In this document: positions 35,101 to 47,879 of the stretch, one piece after another
Layout: each line of letters starts with the position of its first letter
Numbering within the stretch: position 1 is the first letter of the stretch
Assembly (NCBI GenBank): GCA_030390025.1
Contig: CM059437.1
Span: forward strand, 94,426,001-94,490,000
Direction: 5' to 3'
Length of the DNA: 64,000 nt
Source: Squalus acanthias
Lineage: Eukaryota
Notes under the pieces: model-generated
The model's input: the letters and a program-made list of their open reading frames with translations, nothing else
Told to the model about the DNA's origin: nothing
Databases searched by the model: none
Translations under genes and position numbers: made by a program

Positions 35101-36419
35101 TAGTTATGGCAACCGAATATAGCCAAAGGCATTAGAACTAATTTTGAGGGGGCAATGATGCGTCCTACGGTCCCCTAGCACATCAGTCAGAAGGGACCCC
35201 CTGTCGTGGTATGACAGTTAAGGGACATTTTGTTAAGTGATCATAAAAAGCTGTCATCTGTAGGCATATAAATGAATATTTGTACCATGAGGGCAGTTTA
35301 TACCAAGCTTGGACTCAGCTTTAGCCTTGTATCACATCAAGAACTTTGTTTTTATAGCTCTCATGAATATATAAAGAAGACATAAGACAACTAATTGTCT
35401 GCAGCACAACATGAAAGGAACTCCTGCGAGAGTACAGAGCAGATCTATCAGAATTGCAAAGAAGGGGAGAATAAAACAACCTATTTGATTCCAAGATAAA
35501 AGCTTTGGGACTACGCTCACAGCTTATAGCCTAAATCCAAATAAATAATGTAGGCAACATCATGAAGAGAGAGGGAGTGAGAGAAACACGGAATCCGTAA
35601 CTCAGGGGCTAACCACTACTGAGGCCCAATGCACCAAGTTTTATAAAAGAATTCATCAAGGGAGCAAATAGCCACGTGAATTTAAGCAGATGGTCATGAA
35701 AACCGACTCAGAGCACTTCCTATGCAACACTTAAGGTCACCAGTCTCTGTATGGTCTGCCAGCCCAGATGGGCCCACCATCAGCAGACACCCTGTGGGGC
35801 TTCTTTAGTGCCTCCCATGAATGGGCCCTATTCTTCTTCGTTCTCAGATTTGTAATGCCGACCACATGTGGACAACCTAACAAAGTTGGCATTATCGAGC
35901 CACAGTCTAAATTTGTTTGCAATTCTGCTCCTGACTGACCTCGTAAAACAAACGGCTAACCCAGGTCACCAATGCTGTTATCTTGCTAAGATGATCTAAG
36001 GCAATTGCTTCTAAGTGAGACTGCCCCCTTCCACAGAATGCTGTTGCCTGCCAGCCTCACAGAAAATGTCACTTAAGCCCAAGAGGCCATCAGAAACACA
36101 ACTGCTATAATTCACCGAGATCCCTTCAGATTTCTTTTACTTTCTATTTCCTGTCATGTGGTGGGAGGGAACAGAATAACAAGATTTCTATCTTTAGAGA
36201 GGAGTTATTTTTTTTTAAATAAGCACAGCTTCAGCCATTATACGTTTTATTTAAAATTTCCAACAAAGGCACCAGCTCACAATTTCTGTGTCTTTGGAAG
36301 CTAACTAAAAAAACATTTTAATTATTTTTTCATGCCTTTCATTTAGAGGTTCAACACATTGGATTTTTATTTTTGTTAATTTTTTATCCCTTTATCTTCT
36401 CTGGAAGAAACTAACTTCT

Positions 36420-36790
36420 ACTGCAGCATGATTTCACGGACACGCCTCCCTCCCTCCCTCCGGTACTTTGCTCAAATGGCCAATCTTCATGTGTGAGCCA
36501 ACACGGTGAGTGCTGGGAGGCTTTCTCACTGTGGGGAACATCACAGCTGAGCTCAATCCTATCCTCACCTGAGCTCCACACACGTGCATCCTGGCAGGGG
36601 TCAATGCATAGCAAATCAGGAGCGGGAAACTTAACTGATTTGCACCACCACAGCCCAAAGATGCTGAGGTCAATTTTAGTGTTTATGTTGCCACCTCAGG
36701 TGAGATCAACAAATTCAGCACAAACCTGGACCTTCTTGTCTCTATGTCTCAGTTACACATTGTCTTGACCAGCTGAGGCATCAGGAGAGC
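36420..36790 (-). mobile_element. Old SINE family B, best-preserved copy
   Basis: On minus: A-box-like tgcctcagctgg at the head; core aatggccaatcttcatgtgtgagcc..atcaggagcgggaa..gatgctgaggtcaatt..tgagatcaacaaattcagcaca. Confidence 0.65.
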
Positions 36791-36939
36791 CATCCTAATG
36801 TGGCAACCAATAACACAATAATTACACCATGTGCAGTTACGTTTTAAGCGGAACCTGTTGAGGAGCATTCTGCCGAGTGCTGCATAATCTTTGAGTGTGC
36901 TACTCTAACTTTGACAATTACATTTCAGACTGCTTTCTT

Positions 36940-37275
36940 TCTCTTTCCATTCCCATTTCTCTTCCAACCACAACTCTTGCCATTTCTCTGTCCCACACCT
37001 TTTATACCATATTTCTCCCTCTATCCATCTTATTACACAATACTCTCTCCTCCACTATTTCCCTATTCCATCTTTCTTTCCATTCTCTCTTCCTTTTCAC
37101 CTTGGTCAACTGTACCTCGCCCATGTCCACCTTTCTGTTCTTTACGATCTTAGTCTGTCCTGCTTTTCATTTTCTTTTTTCCTCATCTCGAAGTTTAACC
37201 TTTCAGCTCCCATTTCTGTCTCACTGTACCTTTCGTCCCTATCCACTACCTCACCGCCTATTTTATTCTGTCACT
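36940..37275. repeat. Pyrimidine-rich (CT) low-complexity tract
   Basis: Strongly C/T-skewed stretch producing hydrophobic pseudo-ORFs. Confidence 0.6.
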
Positions 37276-40200
37276 CTGCATCTCAAGATTTTTTAAACCA
37301 AACTAAAACTTTCACCAGATGTAACACACCCTTCCTTTGACTTTCTAACACCATCTACTACCTGAATCCCATATTTATTGGCACCTCTCATATCACAGAT
37401 TAACTGGCTGTATTCCCGAGTCAGTTTCAGGATGTGAGTGGTACTGGGTTGAATTCTTGCAATCTGTGCACCATTTGATAGCTTCCCGATTGGCTTTACC
37501 TGGAGTACAACCGCTGCACCTGTCCTAAATTGGCTTTACAGCAGTTGCAGTCTGATGTCAAGAGATTTCTCCACTTGGAGCCTTGATTGACATTATACTC
37601 CTCGTGGGTAAATACAATGCAGTAGACACTTGATTTATGTAATTTAAGAACTGGAAACACCCAACAGATCACTTTAATCACTGGTTGCTATGAATCCCAC
37701 CTTAGCAGCTGATGAGTTTTGTTATGGGATCCAGTTTCAATTCAGATTGTGTCTCTTCCTTGGGAACAGAATCATACCAATGTGAAAATGGAAAGTGAAG
37801 TGTACGATTTGGAGTGAATCTGAATTATGCACTAGGCTATTCTACAGTCACCCTTTGATGGCTGAGGCAGCAATTTCCCTTCTCTCAAAAAATAAAAATC
37901 TAAGTATATATATTTTATATTTATTCTAAAAATAAAGATTTGTCATGTAGTATATTATTCTGAATGATTTTAAGATCTTTAGAAATCGGTGAATAAAGCC
38001 ACGAGCGCAATGAGAGGCAGTGAGCATGCTTTTCTTTCCCCACAATCCTTGGAAGTCCTCCCCCAGCTACCCAACATTAGAAATTCACAAAAAATGATTT
38101 ACACACAGCACACACATTTTGAAAGCTGTAATGAAAATTTATTACTCAGAGGGTTAGAGAAGTGAGTAATACTTCTGAAAAGCTTGTACAAATAGTATAA
38201 GCTCCTTAATGGACTTTATTTCTGAATCTGTGCTTGCTAAGATGCAAATATCACAAGACGACGTGATAACGAATTGCACCCATTCACTGTACACAATTCT
38301 GAGGAATCTGAAGACTGCTCATTGTTAATTAAAGCTGTACCCAATCTAAAGCAGAATGCCTGCTGTCGCATTTTAAAATTTACATTAAAAATGAAGCCCT
38401 GACAAGACAGAAGCTTGTTTTGTCCCTCTTCATTATAACTGTCAAGTTCTTTTATTTTATACTCACTCCAATATCACACATTGTGTCATTCATTTCCTTT
38501 TCATTAAGCAGACCTTGGGCTAGTTGTGTGCAGCCTAGATATGGTGCCTATTATTCCAGAGCTTGCATTGAAATTCCACACAGCACTTGCAATTATGGTC
38601 CTCTCATCTTAAATGAATTATATTTCTGAAAATAAATCTTCTGAACTACAGACTTGGCTATCTGGCATCAGTCAGGCACATACATTACTGGTTTTTAAAT
38701 GTTTAACTGCACTTGATTAATATAGGTAATCAAATTATATTGCCTTCGATTCCACTTTCGAATTCATGACTATGATGTCTTCAATGACAAAGCTGGAAGC
38801 ATTATACGGAAATGCACTTCTTGCCACACTAGGCAGTTATTACAGCAGTAAAACTGCTATATACCCATCTAAGAGTCGTATTTAATAAAAATCTGATTTT
38901 TTTTTTTGCTGAACTTAACCCTTAAATTTCTGCAACACATCACAAAAATTGGGCAATGCTGCCTGATCGGTCAGGCAACAGATCACTGGATTCCCAGCGT
39001 TATAAACCAGTCTTTGACTGCCATTTAAAGTTCAACGTCTTATTAAGCAAGTTTTACTAATTAGCTGGTTTGCTACATGAATCATTATATGGTAGCAAAA
39101 AACACTATCTTGGGAGAGGATAAGATAAAGTAGAGACGAGTACCTCTCGTCATCCAATCATATCAAGTAATATCAAATTAACCAAGACTATACAGACCTC
39201 AAAGGCAAGAGAAAATGGGGCAGCAGAGATCCAACAAGAGCCTCAAATCTATAAGCTGTCATCCATATTCCTTTCTTCACTTTTGAACGTTGGGGCATTC
39301 CAATGCAGTACAACACTCCTCCCATTCTGGACCTTAGCCTTTAGCCGTCTCTAATCGAAGTTCAAATTTATTCAAAATTTGTAGCTGTCAATAATTTAAG
39401 CACTTGGTGCAGCAAACAGTGTGAAATCACAAATATGAGAGTAAAAATCTCTCTTATTTTACTGGAGGGAAATATGCTCTAGGGGAACATGATTCAGATC
39501 AAGGTGTTCCAAGCAGCTTGGTCTAATACCATTTGGCTTCTGCCAACCAACTGTGCATCTATCCTGATGCTGTACTTTTTCTGTTGAAAACAACCACTCT
39601 TTGTTCCTAATGACTTTTTGCCAAAGATCACCTTTAGTGCCATAGTTGTTAATATTAAGACATTGATAATATTTTTCTCAAGCATATGTTAAAGGGTCAG
39701 CCAGTCAAGATAATGAATGTCTACTTTTCCCAGTCTCTGGACTGTATACATTGCCGATCCACCAAGCAAACGTTGACCTATTGGGGGCAATTTTATATTG
39801 CCACTTGTCCATTGCTCGCCTGATAACTGGGCAACCGGAAGAGAAAAAATTGGTTGGGCACCTTGGAAAGCCCTTGGACACCCAAGCTCGCCCGAGTCAA
39901 TTCAGACAGGCTTTTAATTGGACACAAACCACTCCCACGCAAAACATTCGGGAGGCTGTTTAAATATGCAAATTGGGGTCTTATGCGGTTGTAGGACCCC
40001 TACTGCCATTTTGATGTACAAATGGGTGGTTTGTGTGCTGAGCACGCTAGGCCCATTCCTTAAAAGAGCGCTGAAGGCTGCTCCAAAAATGGGCTGGGTA
40101 ATGTTTATGGGGCCTGGAGGAGCAGGAGTTAGACAGCATCCAATTAGGACCTGATATCGTTGACACTACCTGCATCAAGTTCTCTGAAGCTGCCTTTTTT

Positions 40201-43200
40201 GACGGACCACATGAAAAGCATCTGGAAGCCAGCAGGTGTACGTTGAATTGGTAAGTCTGTATGATCCATAATGGACTCTATTCCAATCACTCTAATCTTA
40301 GGAATTGGGATGCCTAACTACACAGCAAATTGGACATTGGTATCTTCACCTTCCTTTTCAGTCTCACAAGCAAAGGTTCAGCTTCAAGGTCTGTGGTCTG
40401 TACTGACGGAGCTGATCTTGACTAGAGTGGTGATCGGAGAATTACTGTTGGCCACAGCATCCCTGAGCTTTTGCAAGTGGTAACTCTCATCAACTTTAAA
40501 GAAAAACCTATTGATGGAACTAAGGAATTTTTCATGAGCTGGAACAATGCTAGATAGACAGCTGAGTGGAGAGGATGCTGTAGGAACACATGAAGATTTA
40601 AAGGGGCAGCATCCTTAAGTGCCTTGCCCGTACAAATAGGTAGAGTACGCAATGTGTAACTAGAGACAGACGATGGAAGGATGCAGCTAATTATTCCTCC
40701 TCCTTACTAGAAGAAACATATTTGAAAGGTCATATTCTTTTGCAAAGCGTAAAGGGGTACCAAAATAAAAATCCCAAGCCTGCTTGGATATTGCATAAAA
40801 AACAGCTTTTAAATCAAAAGATGTATTCCAGAACATCACTTCGATGAGTTTTAAACCACTCTATAGGACACCAAAATATGCACTGACAATGTTTTAAGCA
40901 AGCATTTGCATGATGACTAGGTGAACACATGTAAGTGGAGAGCACAGCAGCATTTTACCAGGCAGAACATTCCATACAGCATTGTCTACCCATATAACCA
41001 AAGACACAAGCTGACCTAAGCCAAGTCTGCTTTTATATTATTTAAATAAATGATCCTAGATAAATTTCAGCTACACTATGAATCCATTAAGCTGTCTCTT
41101 TATCTTTAGACAGCCATACTGGCTGCAAGCAGACTGAGCACTGGCTTCATAACATCCTGAAATAAAATTAGTGGCTTCATAGCATTCTCACATCATAAAC
41201 TCTGATATAAATTGTCAATACACAGTACATTTAAAATATGAAACGTCTACATTATATTGAAACATAGACTCCTTCCCAAAATAACAACAGCACAAGCAGT
41301 ATCCATAAGGGAAGTTGAAGGTTACTTGCTTGAAATTGGAGATCTGCACCTTCTATGTATGTAGGTTTGACTGCTGCTCTGTGGAATGAATTAAACTGCC
41401 TGCTGCAAAATAAATGTTCTCAGCCAGAAACTGGTGGCATGTCTTTCTCACCTGAGCATAAGAGAAAATCCCAGACCTACACTGCTGAATCAAATCAAAA
41501 GCTTAAATTCCCATTAATTATGATCTGACATTAATCAGCAGAATCTGAACTGCCCATTATTTGAACTAAAATATCACTGATCTAGTGAAATTCTAGGGTA
41601 TCCAATTTTAAGCCAAACATGTCCCAAAGGTGTGGACAGAACACATGTCATAATATCCCAAAATGGCACATTAGATTCTATAATGATCAACAGAGTGAAG
41701 AACGTGGGTCTTCAAATCAAGCTAACCTGCTCATTTAAATTTAATGGGTCAACAGAACTAAATTTTAATCAAGTTATAGACTCACTCCAGGATTCTGAGT
41801 TCCTCATTTGCAATTGCGTTCAATCCAAATTGCATTGATTTTTTACCCCTTGAACAGTGGAGTTTGATTCAACTGGAAATGACTCTACAGCCAGACAATG
41901 AACACTATGCCTTTGCGCTATCAGCACAGCTTGTGCATGAGCACCTAGAGTCCTGACTGAAATTGCTTAGCTGCTCCAATCCACCAGACAGAAATTCCTG
42001 GACCTCAGCCTCTTGCTGGTGTGGCCGTCAGTAAGCTAGTGCCACAATACTTATTCCCTTCTGCAGCTGCTGTCCCTAAGTGATCACTCCATGTTTCTAA
42101 GGTGATGGTATAATAAAGCATCCATGTCAGCAGTGATATTATATAGGTCCAGATGTATACCTGTGGTAGAGATTATTACATTTTAGTTGAACTATTCCTT
42201 AAGTCATATTTTTAAACATTACTTTAGATCCATAGCAATCTAGCTTGAATTTATGTAACAGAGATAGTAGAGTTATTATTATTAATTGTAGGCATCCACA
42301 GACAGACAAGGCTTTGCAGAAGTGAGTCCTTAGAGAACTTACTAATAACCTCTTAAAGTAGTTGAGGTTCCTTTGTTGCTCAATGCTAGTAACAAGCAGT
42401 TTTATAGATCTTTTTCTTGTCTCCTATAGACGCCTGCCTGGCAGGCCTTTCCATTTGAGAATGTAGCCAACAGAATACATGCCAAAATATGATCTGGCAG
42501 GAAGTGCAAGTAAAAGCCATTTACGTTTTAAAATGCCAGGTACACTTAAGATATGTTAAATATGAAAGACTCAATCAAGAACTGATGCATTAGGATTTTT
42601 TTTCACAATTAGGATTTTTTTTTTTTTTAACATCAGCGAGTTTGAAGAGCAAGCTTCGGTGGGAATCACTGATTTCAACCCCCCCCGCCCCCCTCCACCG
42701 ACTCCCCCACCACCCCCTGGGTGTTGGATCTCTGTTTTCAAAAATAAATTATACTATTTAAGTGATAAAAATGTCACCTCTTTTAGCTGTTGCTTTTTAA
42801 TTGAAGCTTTCAATATGTAAAACAGCATGTTGCTGATACCACATCCACAGAGATGACTCCACAGCCAAAAAAGTCCAGCAGGGTTAGCGACACTACTGCT
42901 GTAGCACAATATTATGTTTCATGTGGCTTTATGAGACATCTCGTTACATCAAGCTACTGGGTCATGGAAAGTGAGCGTACATATATATAGGCTGTGGCAG
43001 CAATATTTAACCCTCTTTGTGAGACAGATAAAAGGAGGGAAAAGTGTGAAAAGATGCACCATTTAAAAAAACAATTGTCCCATATGATTGTCAAGAGCGA
43101 AAACAATGTCAGGAAAACAGAATAGTTTTACATTTCCTACTCTCAGATACAGCATTAAGCACTCTCGCATCAGATCTGAAGGAGAGCTGTCCTTACATAA

Positions 43201-43802
43201 ACTGCTGTTGATGCACATCTGCCTCACCCTGAAAGCACCATCATTTGACCCTATCTATTTGATCGATCTCAAGAGTGAGGTTACAGTCTCAGTAGGAAAA
43301 CTAAATTGACAGAATTCTGTTATGGAAATGTATTTTCATTATTGCATCTAAACGGCTAATGCCTTATACAAGTGTCTTTGAATTATGTCTGGAAAAAATA
43401 ATTCTGTGGACTAAGACTACTGGGGTTAATAAGAGCTTATTTCAGCAAAATGAGGTAGGAAATTTTAGTACTGGAGAATGGAGCATCTTTACACTTTGTG
43501 CAACTAATGTCAGCACCAATCACTCCAGCCCAGGGCCTGCACCATCAGATGTACAATACAGTTCTCTCTATCCTGTCCCAACTGTGCACGATAACCACAA
43601 CTTCAGAAGATCAACTGTATGACACCAGTGTGTATTTTTCTTATCATTTTCCAAACACATTGTAAAGTTAATAACATTTCAAATTTTGCCAAGGCATGCC
43701 AAATCTCCAGCACTTTAAGCTCTTGGCTCACCACAAACTGCATTGATACTGTTCAAATTAATTTCTTCTATGAACCTCCCAGGCAGCAGAGGATGATCAC
43801 AT

Positions 43803-43970
43803 AGTCATCGAATCATACAGCACAGGAGGCCATTCGGCCCATTGTGCCTGTGCCAGCTCTTTGAAAGAGCTATCCAATTAGTCTCACTCCCCTGCTCTTT
43901 TCCCATTGCTCTGCAATTTTTCACTTTCAAGTATATATCCAATTCCCTATTGAGAGTTACTATTGATGCT
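43803..43970 (-). mobile_element. CR1 3' tail
   Basis: catacagcacaggaggccattcggcccattgtgcctgtgccagctctttgaaagagctatccaattagtc. Confidence 0.8.
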
Positions 43971-44021
43971 TTCTTCCCATCAGCATGGCTGGTTTGAACC
44001 CTTATCTTGGAGGTACACAGG

Positions 44022-44192
44022 TTAGAATTACATAGAATATACAGCACAGAAACAGGCTATGCGGCCCAACTAGTCTGTGCTGGTGTTTATACTCCACACG
44101 AGTCTCCTCCTATTCTATCTACCCCATCTCAGCCTTTCAGCATATCTTTCTATTTCTTTTTCTCTCATGTACTCGTCTAGTTTATTTATAAA
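44022..44192 (-). mobile_element. CR1 3' tail (subfamily of the 29440 copy)
   Basis: tacagcacagaaacaggctatgcggcccaac..ctccacacgagtctcctcc is the reverse complement of the 29640-29710 tail. Confidence 0.75.
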
Positions 44193-44267
44193 TGTAAAGT
44201 ACCAGCCTGTATTTTATGCATGCATACATAATTTTAGTTAAACCTCAGATCCTAAAGTAGGTTGTAA

Positions 44268-44398
44268 AGTACTTGCAACTTTGGCAACAGCGTAAACCTG
44301 GCAGTATCGCACCAGCCGCCCAAGGGAAGTCGGGTAGGGTGAATAATAGCCAGCTGATCCAATACTACCAGTTTTACGTCCCCAAAGTTGAAAGTTCT
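44268..44398. mobile_element. Decayed fold-back MITE
   Basis: actttggcaacagcgtaaacctggcagtatcgcaccagc is an imperfect inverted repeat of gctgatccaatactaccagttttacgtccccaaagt. Confidence 0.5.
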
Positions 44399-44859
44399 GC
44401 ACACAGCGTGCTAACTTACTTGCAGCACCCATCTGCCTGTCGAGGTCCCTTATAAGCATTCAGTGTTGTTTTTTCCCCACAGATGATACTGTATTGTTAG
44501 CAGACTCACCTGGGAATCTGGTACACCCTATTCACCATCTTAAACACTGCTGACAATCCTGAATAATGGATTAACCAGCAAGTGGCCCCAAGTGCAGTAT
44601 TATGGCTTTGCACAGCTCAAGAAGGAATCACAAAGGTAGTAACTGAAAGATACAAGGGACATCTGTCCCAAATGCAGTCATATCAGTATCACAGGGTGCA
44701 GGTGGATGCCAACTTTAGCCTGGGCAGTTCTTTGGGATCACGCTGATCGTGAGTGAAGGGCACTTTAGTCTTCCTCATCTTTCTTTAATGGATCGAAGCA
44801 TCAATGTAGCTTAAGCATGTTGACATGTGCCCTAACAGTTTCTCTTTTATAGTTCAGAA

Positions 44860-45630
44860 TTCCGAGCTGTGCAGCTGAACGGCCTTTTCAAGCCCATGTG
44901 TGAGATCCAGCTGTGAATTGGATTGGCAGCAAAATGGGGACACAGTTGCGGGGAGTACTCCAGCCTACAATGATTTGTCCTGGAGTACTCTAGGAGGGGC
45001 ATCACCATCACAACCTCTTTGCCAAATTGAACAGGTGGTGTTGAGTAAATCCAATAATAGGATACTGGACTTGGTCATCTAGAACCAAATGCCTAGCAGG
45101 TGCCAAGCTGTCTAGCATGTCATTCCACCATTTCAAGGCAGATGTCCATTCTATAGCTTTTGAGAAAAGAGATGACAGCTACTGCAAGGTGTTACTTGGA
45201 AGCCACTTGTACGAACACAAGCTCCTATGTCCATGGTTTGCTCCCTTTGATGGTTGGGTTCGAGAGAGGAAAGCAGATGCAGCTGAAGCTCTGCAACTTC
45301 ACCTAGTGGTACTACCGTTTGATGGGGTAATGCTGTGCCCTTGCTAATGTCAGGAGAATCTGGCAATGCCCAATCACATTTTATGGTGAGTTGCATTGCT
45401 CACCATGCCATACATGAGGAGCTCCTTATTGTATGCATAGGAAGCCTCAAACCTGCGCTCGTCAGCTGTCTAATTACTGACTTTTTGGGGTCGAGCTGGT
45501 TCCAAGATGAAAAGCTTGGCAATGGAAGTCCAGAATCAAGTCCAATCCACTTGTGACAGCGTCTGTAATCCCATACCTCAGCCAAGCAGGTCTGCAGTAC
45601 TCCAAATGCTGTTGTTGATTGACCAGTCAG
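44860..45630 (-). mobile_element. Decayed non-LTR retrotransposon, possibly restriction-like-endonuclease (R2/HERO/NeSL) type
   Basis: Minus-strand remnants AEVW..LD..LP.FSSW..PK..GL.LP and, further 3', a TVS-HIL..G.HTW-like zinc-knuckle remnant across frameshifts. Confidence 0.35.
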
Positions 45631-47384
45631 CCTGACTCACTTTAATACCAAGAGAAGTAGACCCGTCATTGTCACCTGTCACTCAGCTCCACATGGGTGG
45701 GATAGGCCAAATGGCCGACTCCTGCTCCTACTTCTTATGTTATGTCCTGACTGAGCAAGCAGTGGGAAGCTGTCCCTGTGTAAGTTTGTCAGTAGCTTGG
45801 ATTGATGACTCTTAAATGTGGTGATGGGTTTCTAAGCTTGTCAGACAGTCAGCTGACTAAAAAACAGCAAATAGACATGTGTTAGCTTATCCACCTCATG
45901 AAAAGTGTCATCATTATACTGTAGGAGGGGTTAAATTGTGCAGCAAGCATAAATGTTACACAAGCTGCAATAATGAATTCTACAATAAAAGATGGGGAAT
46001 TCAGAAAGAATTTCATTGTGGAAAGCACACTCTATTAAGAATAAAGCCACACTGAAGAATGGTGTTTATGCATGTTTATAATTTGTTATATAAACTTCTT
46101 GGCATCCAGTACCACCAACCTTGAGGCACTGCATTATACCAGAGGTTCAAAATGGGCAGCTGCAGACAAGGTGCCTTCATCGTGGGAGAGCTGAGAACCA
46201 ATAAGTACGCTGTCTGTGTCTTATCAGTGGCTCTCCACACTAAATTTGCTTCCAAACTCTGAAACCATTCTAAATCGCTAATGTGAAAACACAAACAAAT
46301 GACATAATTGAATCTGGCATGATAAGAAGCAGAGATATAAATCACTTGAGCCTTTGTGCTAAGTCTGATTAATTCAAATCATTTTGAAATTTTACATTCA
46401 TATATGGGCAGAAATCCCAATTATAATTCTGCCTGATTAAGTAAGGCTTTTGCCTTGTTTTATTTTTTTTGACCAATTTTTTCTTCCCTCCTCCTCTCCT
46501 GGTTCTGTGGGGGCGGGACACAAACAACACAACTTTTGAAAGTAAACTAAAACAGTCACCAAATGATTTAATCCCCATCCTGTCCCTTTCACACTGACTA
46601 AACTTAACAGATTGTAAGCCTCCCGACAATAACTTCCTTCAGGGGGAAAAAAAATCTGCCTCCCCCACATGTTTTACTCTTAATAACCTCTGAAGTAGCC
46701 GAGCAAATCACTCAGTTGTAAAAACAATTGCTATGAAGCAAGAATAAGACCATCAACATCTTCACTGTGCAACAAGGAGTGGGCAATATGGCCTCGCCAA
46801 CTTTGCTCACACCCAGAGAACAAATTTTATATTAGTAACTGAGCAAGTGATATCAAGTGACAGGCAAATACTGAGCTGCATGGTGAAGAGGCTTTTCATG
46901 TTGAACCAGAAGACAAGAGGAAATGAATAACAGATAAGAAAACATACCTTCTTGGTTTGTTGTTTTGACATTATGCAATACAGTATATTGCCAACTTACT
47001 GAGCCTTTCTTCAAACCATGATGTGCACTTTATGCAGCAATGTAAACAAAGCAATTGCAAGTTCCAGAACCCAGCTTCACTTTGTTGAAATTCAAGATGG
47101 AGCAGGTGCACTCTTCATTTCAATCTGGTCGAACCCAAATGAGTTTGTCAATAATATCTGGTTAGGATATGTAAATGTATTCCTGAACTACTACACTTTC
47201 TGGATTAAAATTCAAAATGGCACTGCACCCTCCATAACAGATCAAATCCAGAGTTTAAAAGAGCAGCAGCTTTTTCCTTTTGAAATGTTTCTGTCAAATT
47301 TGAATACTGGCTAATGCATTCTTTGCTTCTCATTTTGTCACAGACGAGACACAGACCACAAAAGTAAGACACAACTTTCTTTTC

Positions 47385-47735
47385 TCTTCAGGGCTGAAAT
47401 ATAGTCCCATGCATGCTGCTCTTCCTTCAGTACCTCATCCAAGTGGCCATTCTTCACACAAGAGCCAAGATTAAAATTGTTGACAGGCTATTCAATTTTG
47501 TGGTTCCACAGCTAAGGCAGGTGCTCTTATCGCCTGATGCCCACAAATGCACACTTGCCAGCAGGGGTTACTCGGCATGGAGCCCTGCCTGATTTTCTGC
47601 CCTCCGAAGCAAAAGGGGCTTAGGCCAATTGTAGCATCTCTTGGCCTGGCTGAGAAAAGCCAACAACAGATACTAGATATCGGACTTCTGCATGCCTCAG
47701 TATCACCTGAGAAAGCACATGGTGCATCGGTTTAG
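47385..47735 (-). mobile_element. Old SINE family B
   Basis: cagtacctcatccaagtggccattcttcac..caggctattc..ccagcaggggttac..ggccaattgtagc. Confidence 0.6.
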
Positions 47736-47747
47736 CATTTCATTCAA

Positions 47748-47879
47748 CAGTGTAGCACTCCCTCAGTACTGCCCTTAAGTGTCAGCCTAGATTATGTGCT
47801 CAATTTTCTGCAGTGGGGCTTGAACCCATGACCTTCTGGTCTCCAAGGTCAGAGTGCTACCACTGAACCAAGGTTGACA
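47748..47879 (-). mobile_element. DeuSINE 5' fragment
   Basis: gcactccctcagtactg..gtgtcagcctagatt..ggcttgaacccatgaccttctg..gagtgctaccactgaacc. Confidence 0.75.

Noticed and set aside
36895-37296. Hydrophobic 133-aa ORF resembling a membrane protein
   Set aside because: Product of a CT-rich low-complexity tract; non-ATG start and no family motifs
42343-42378. 36-nt minus-strand segment bounded by AG and GTAAGT, the expected size of AUTS2-family exon 4
   Set aside because: Encodes QQRNLNYFKRLL with no similarity to the expected SS..SGRGYS / SLGTGYF, and has no polypyrimidine tract
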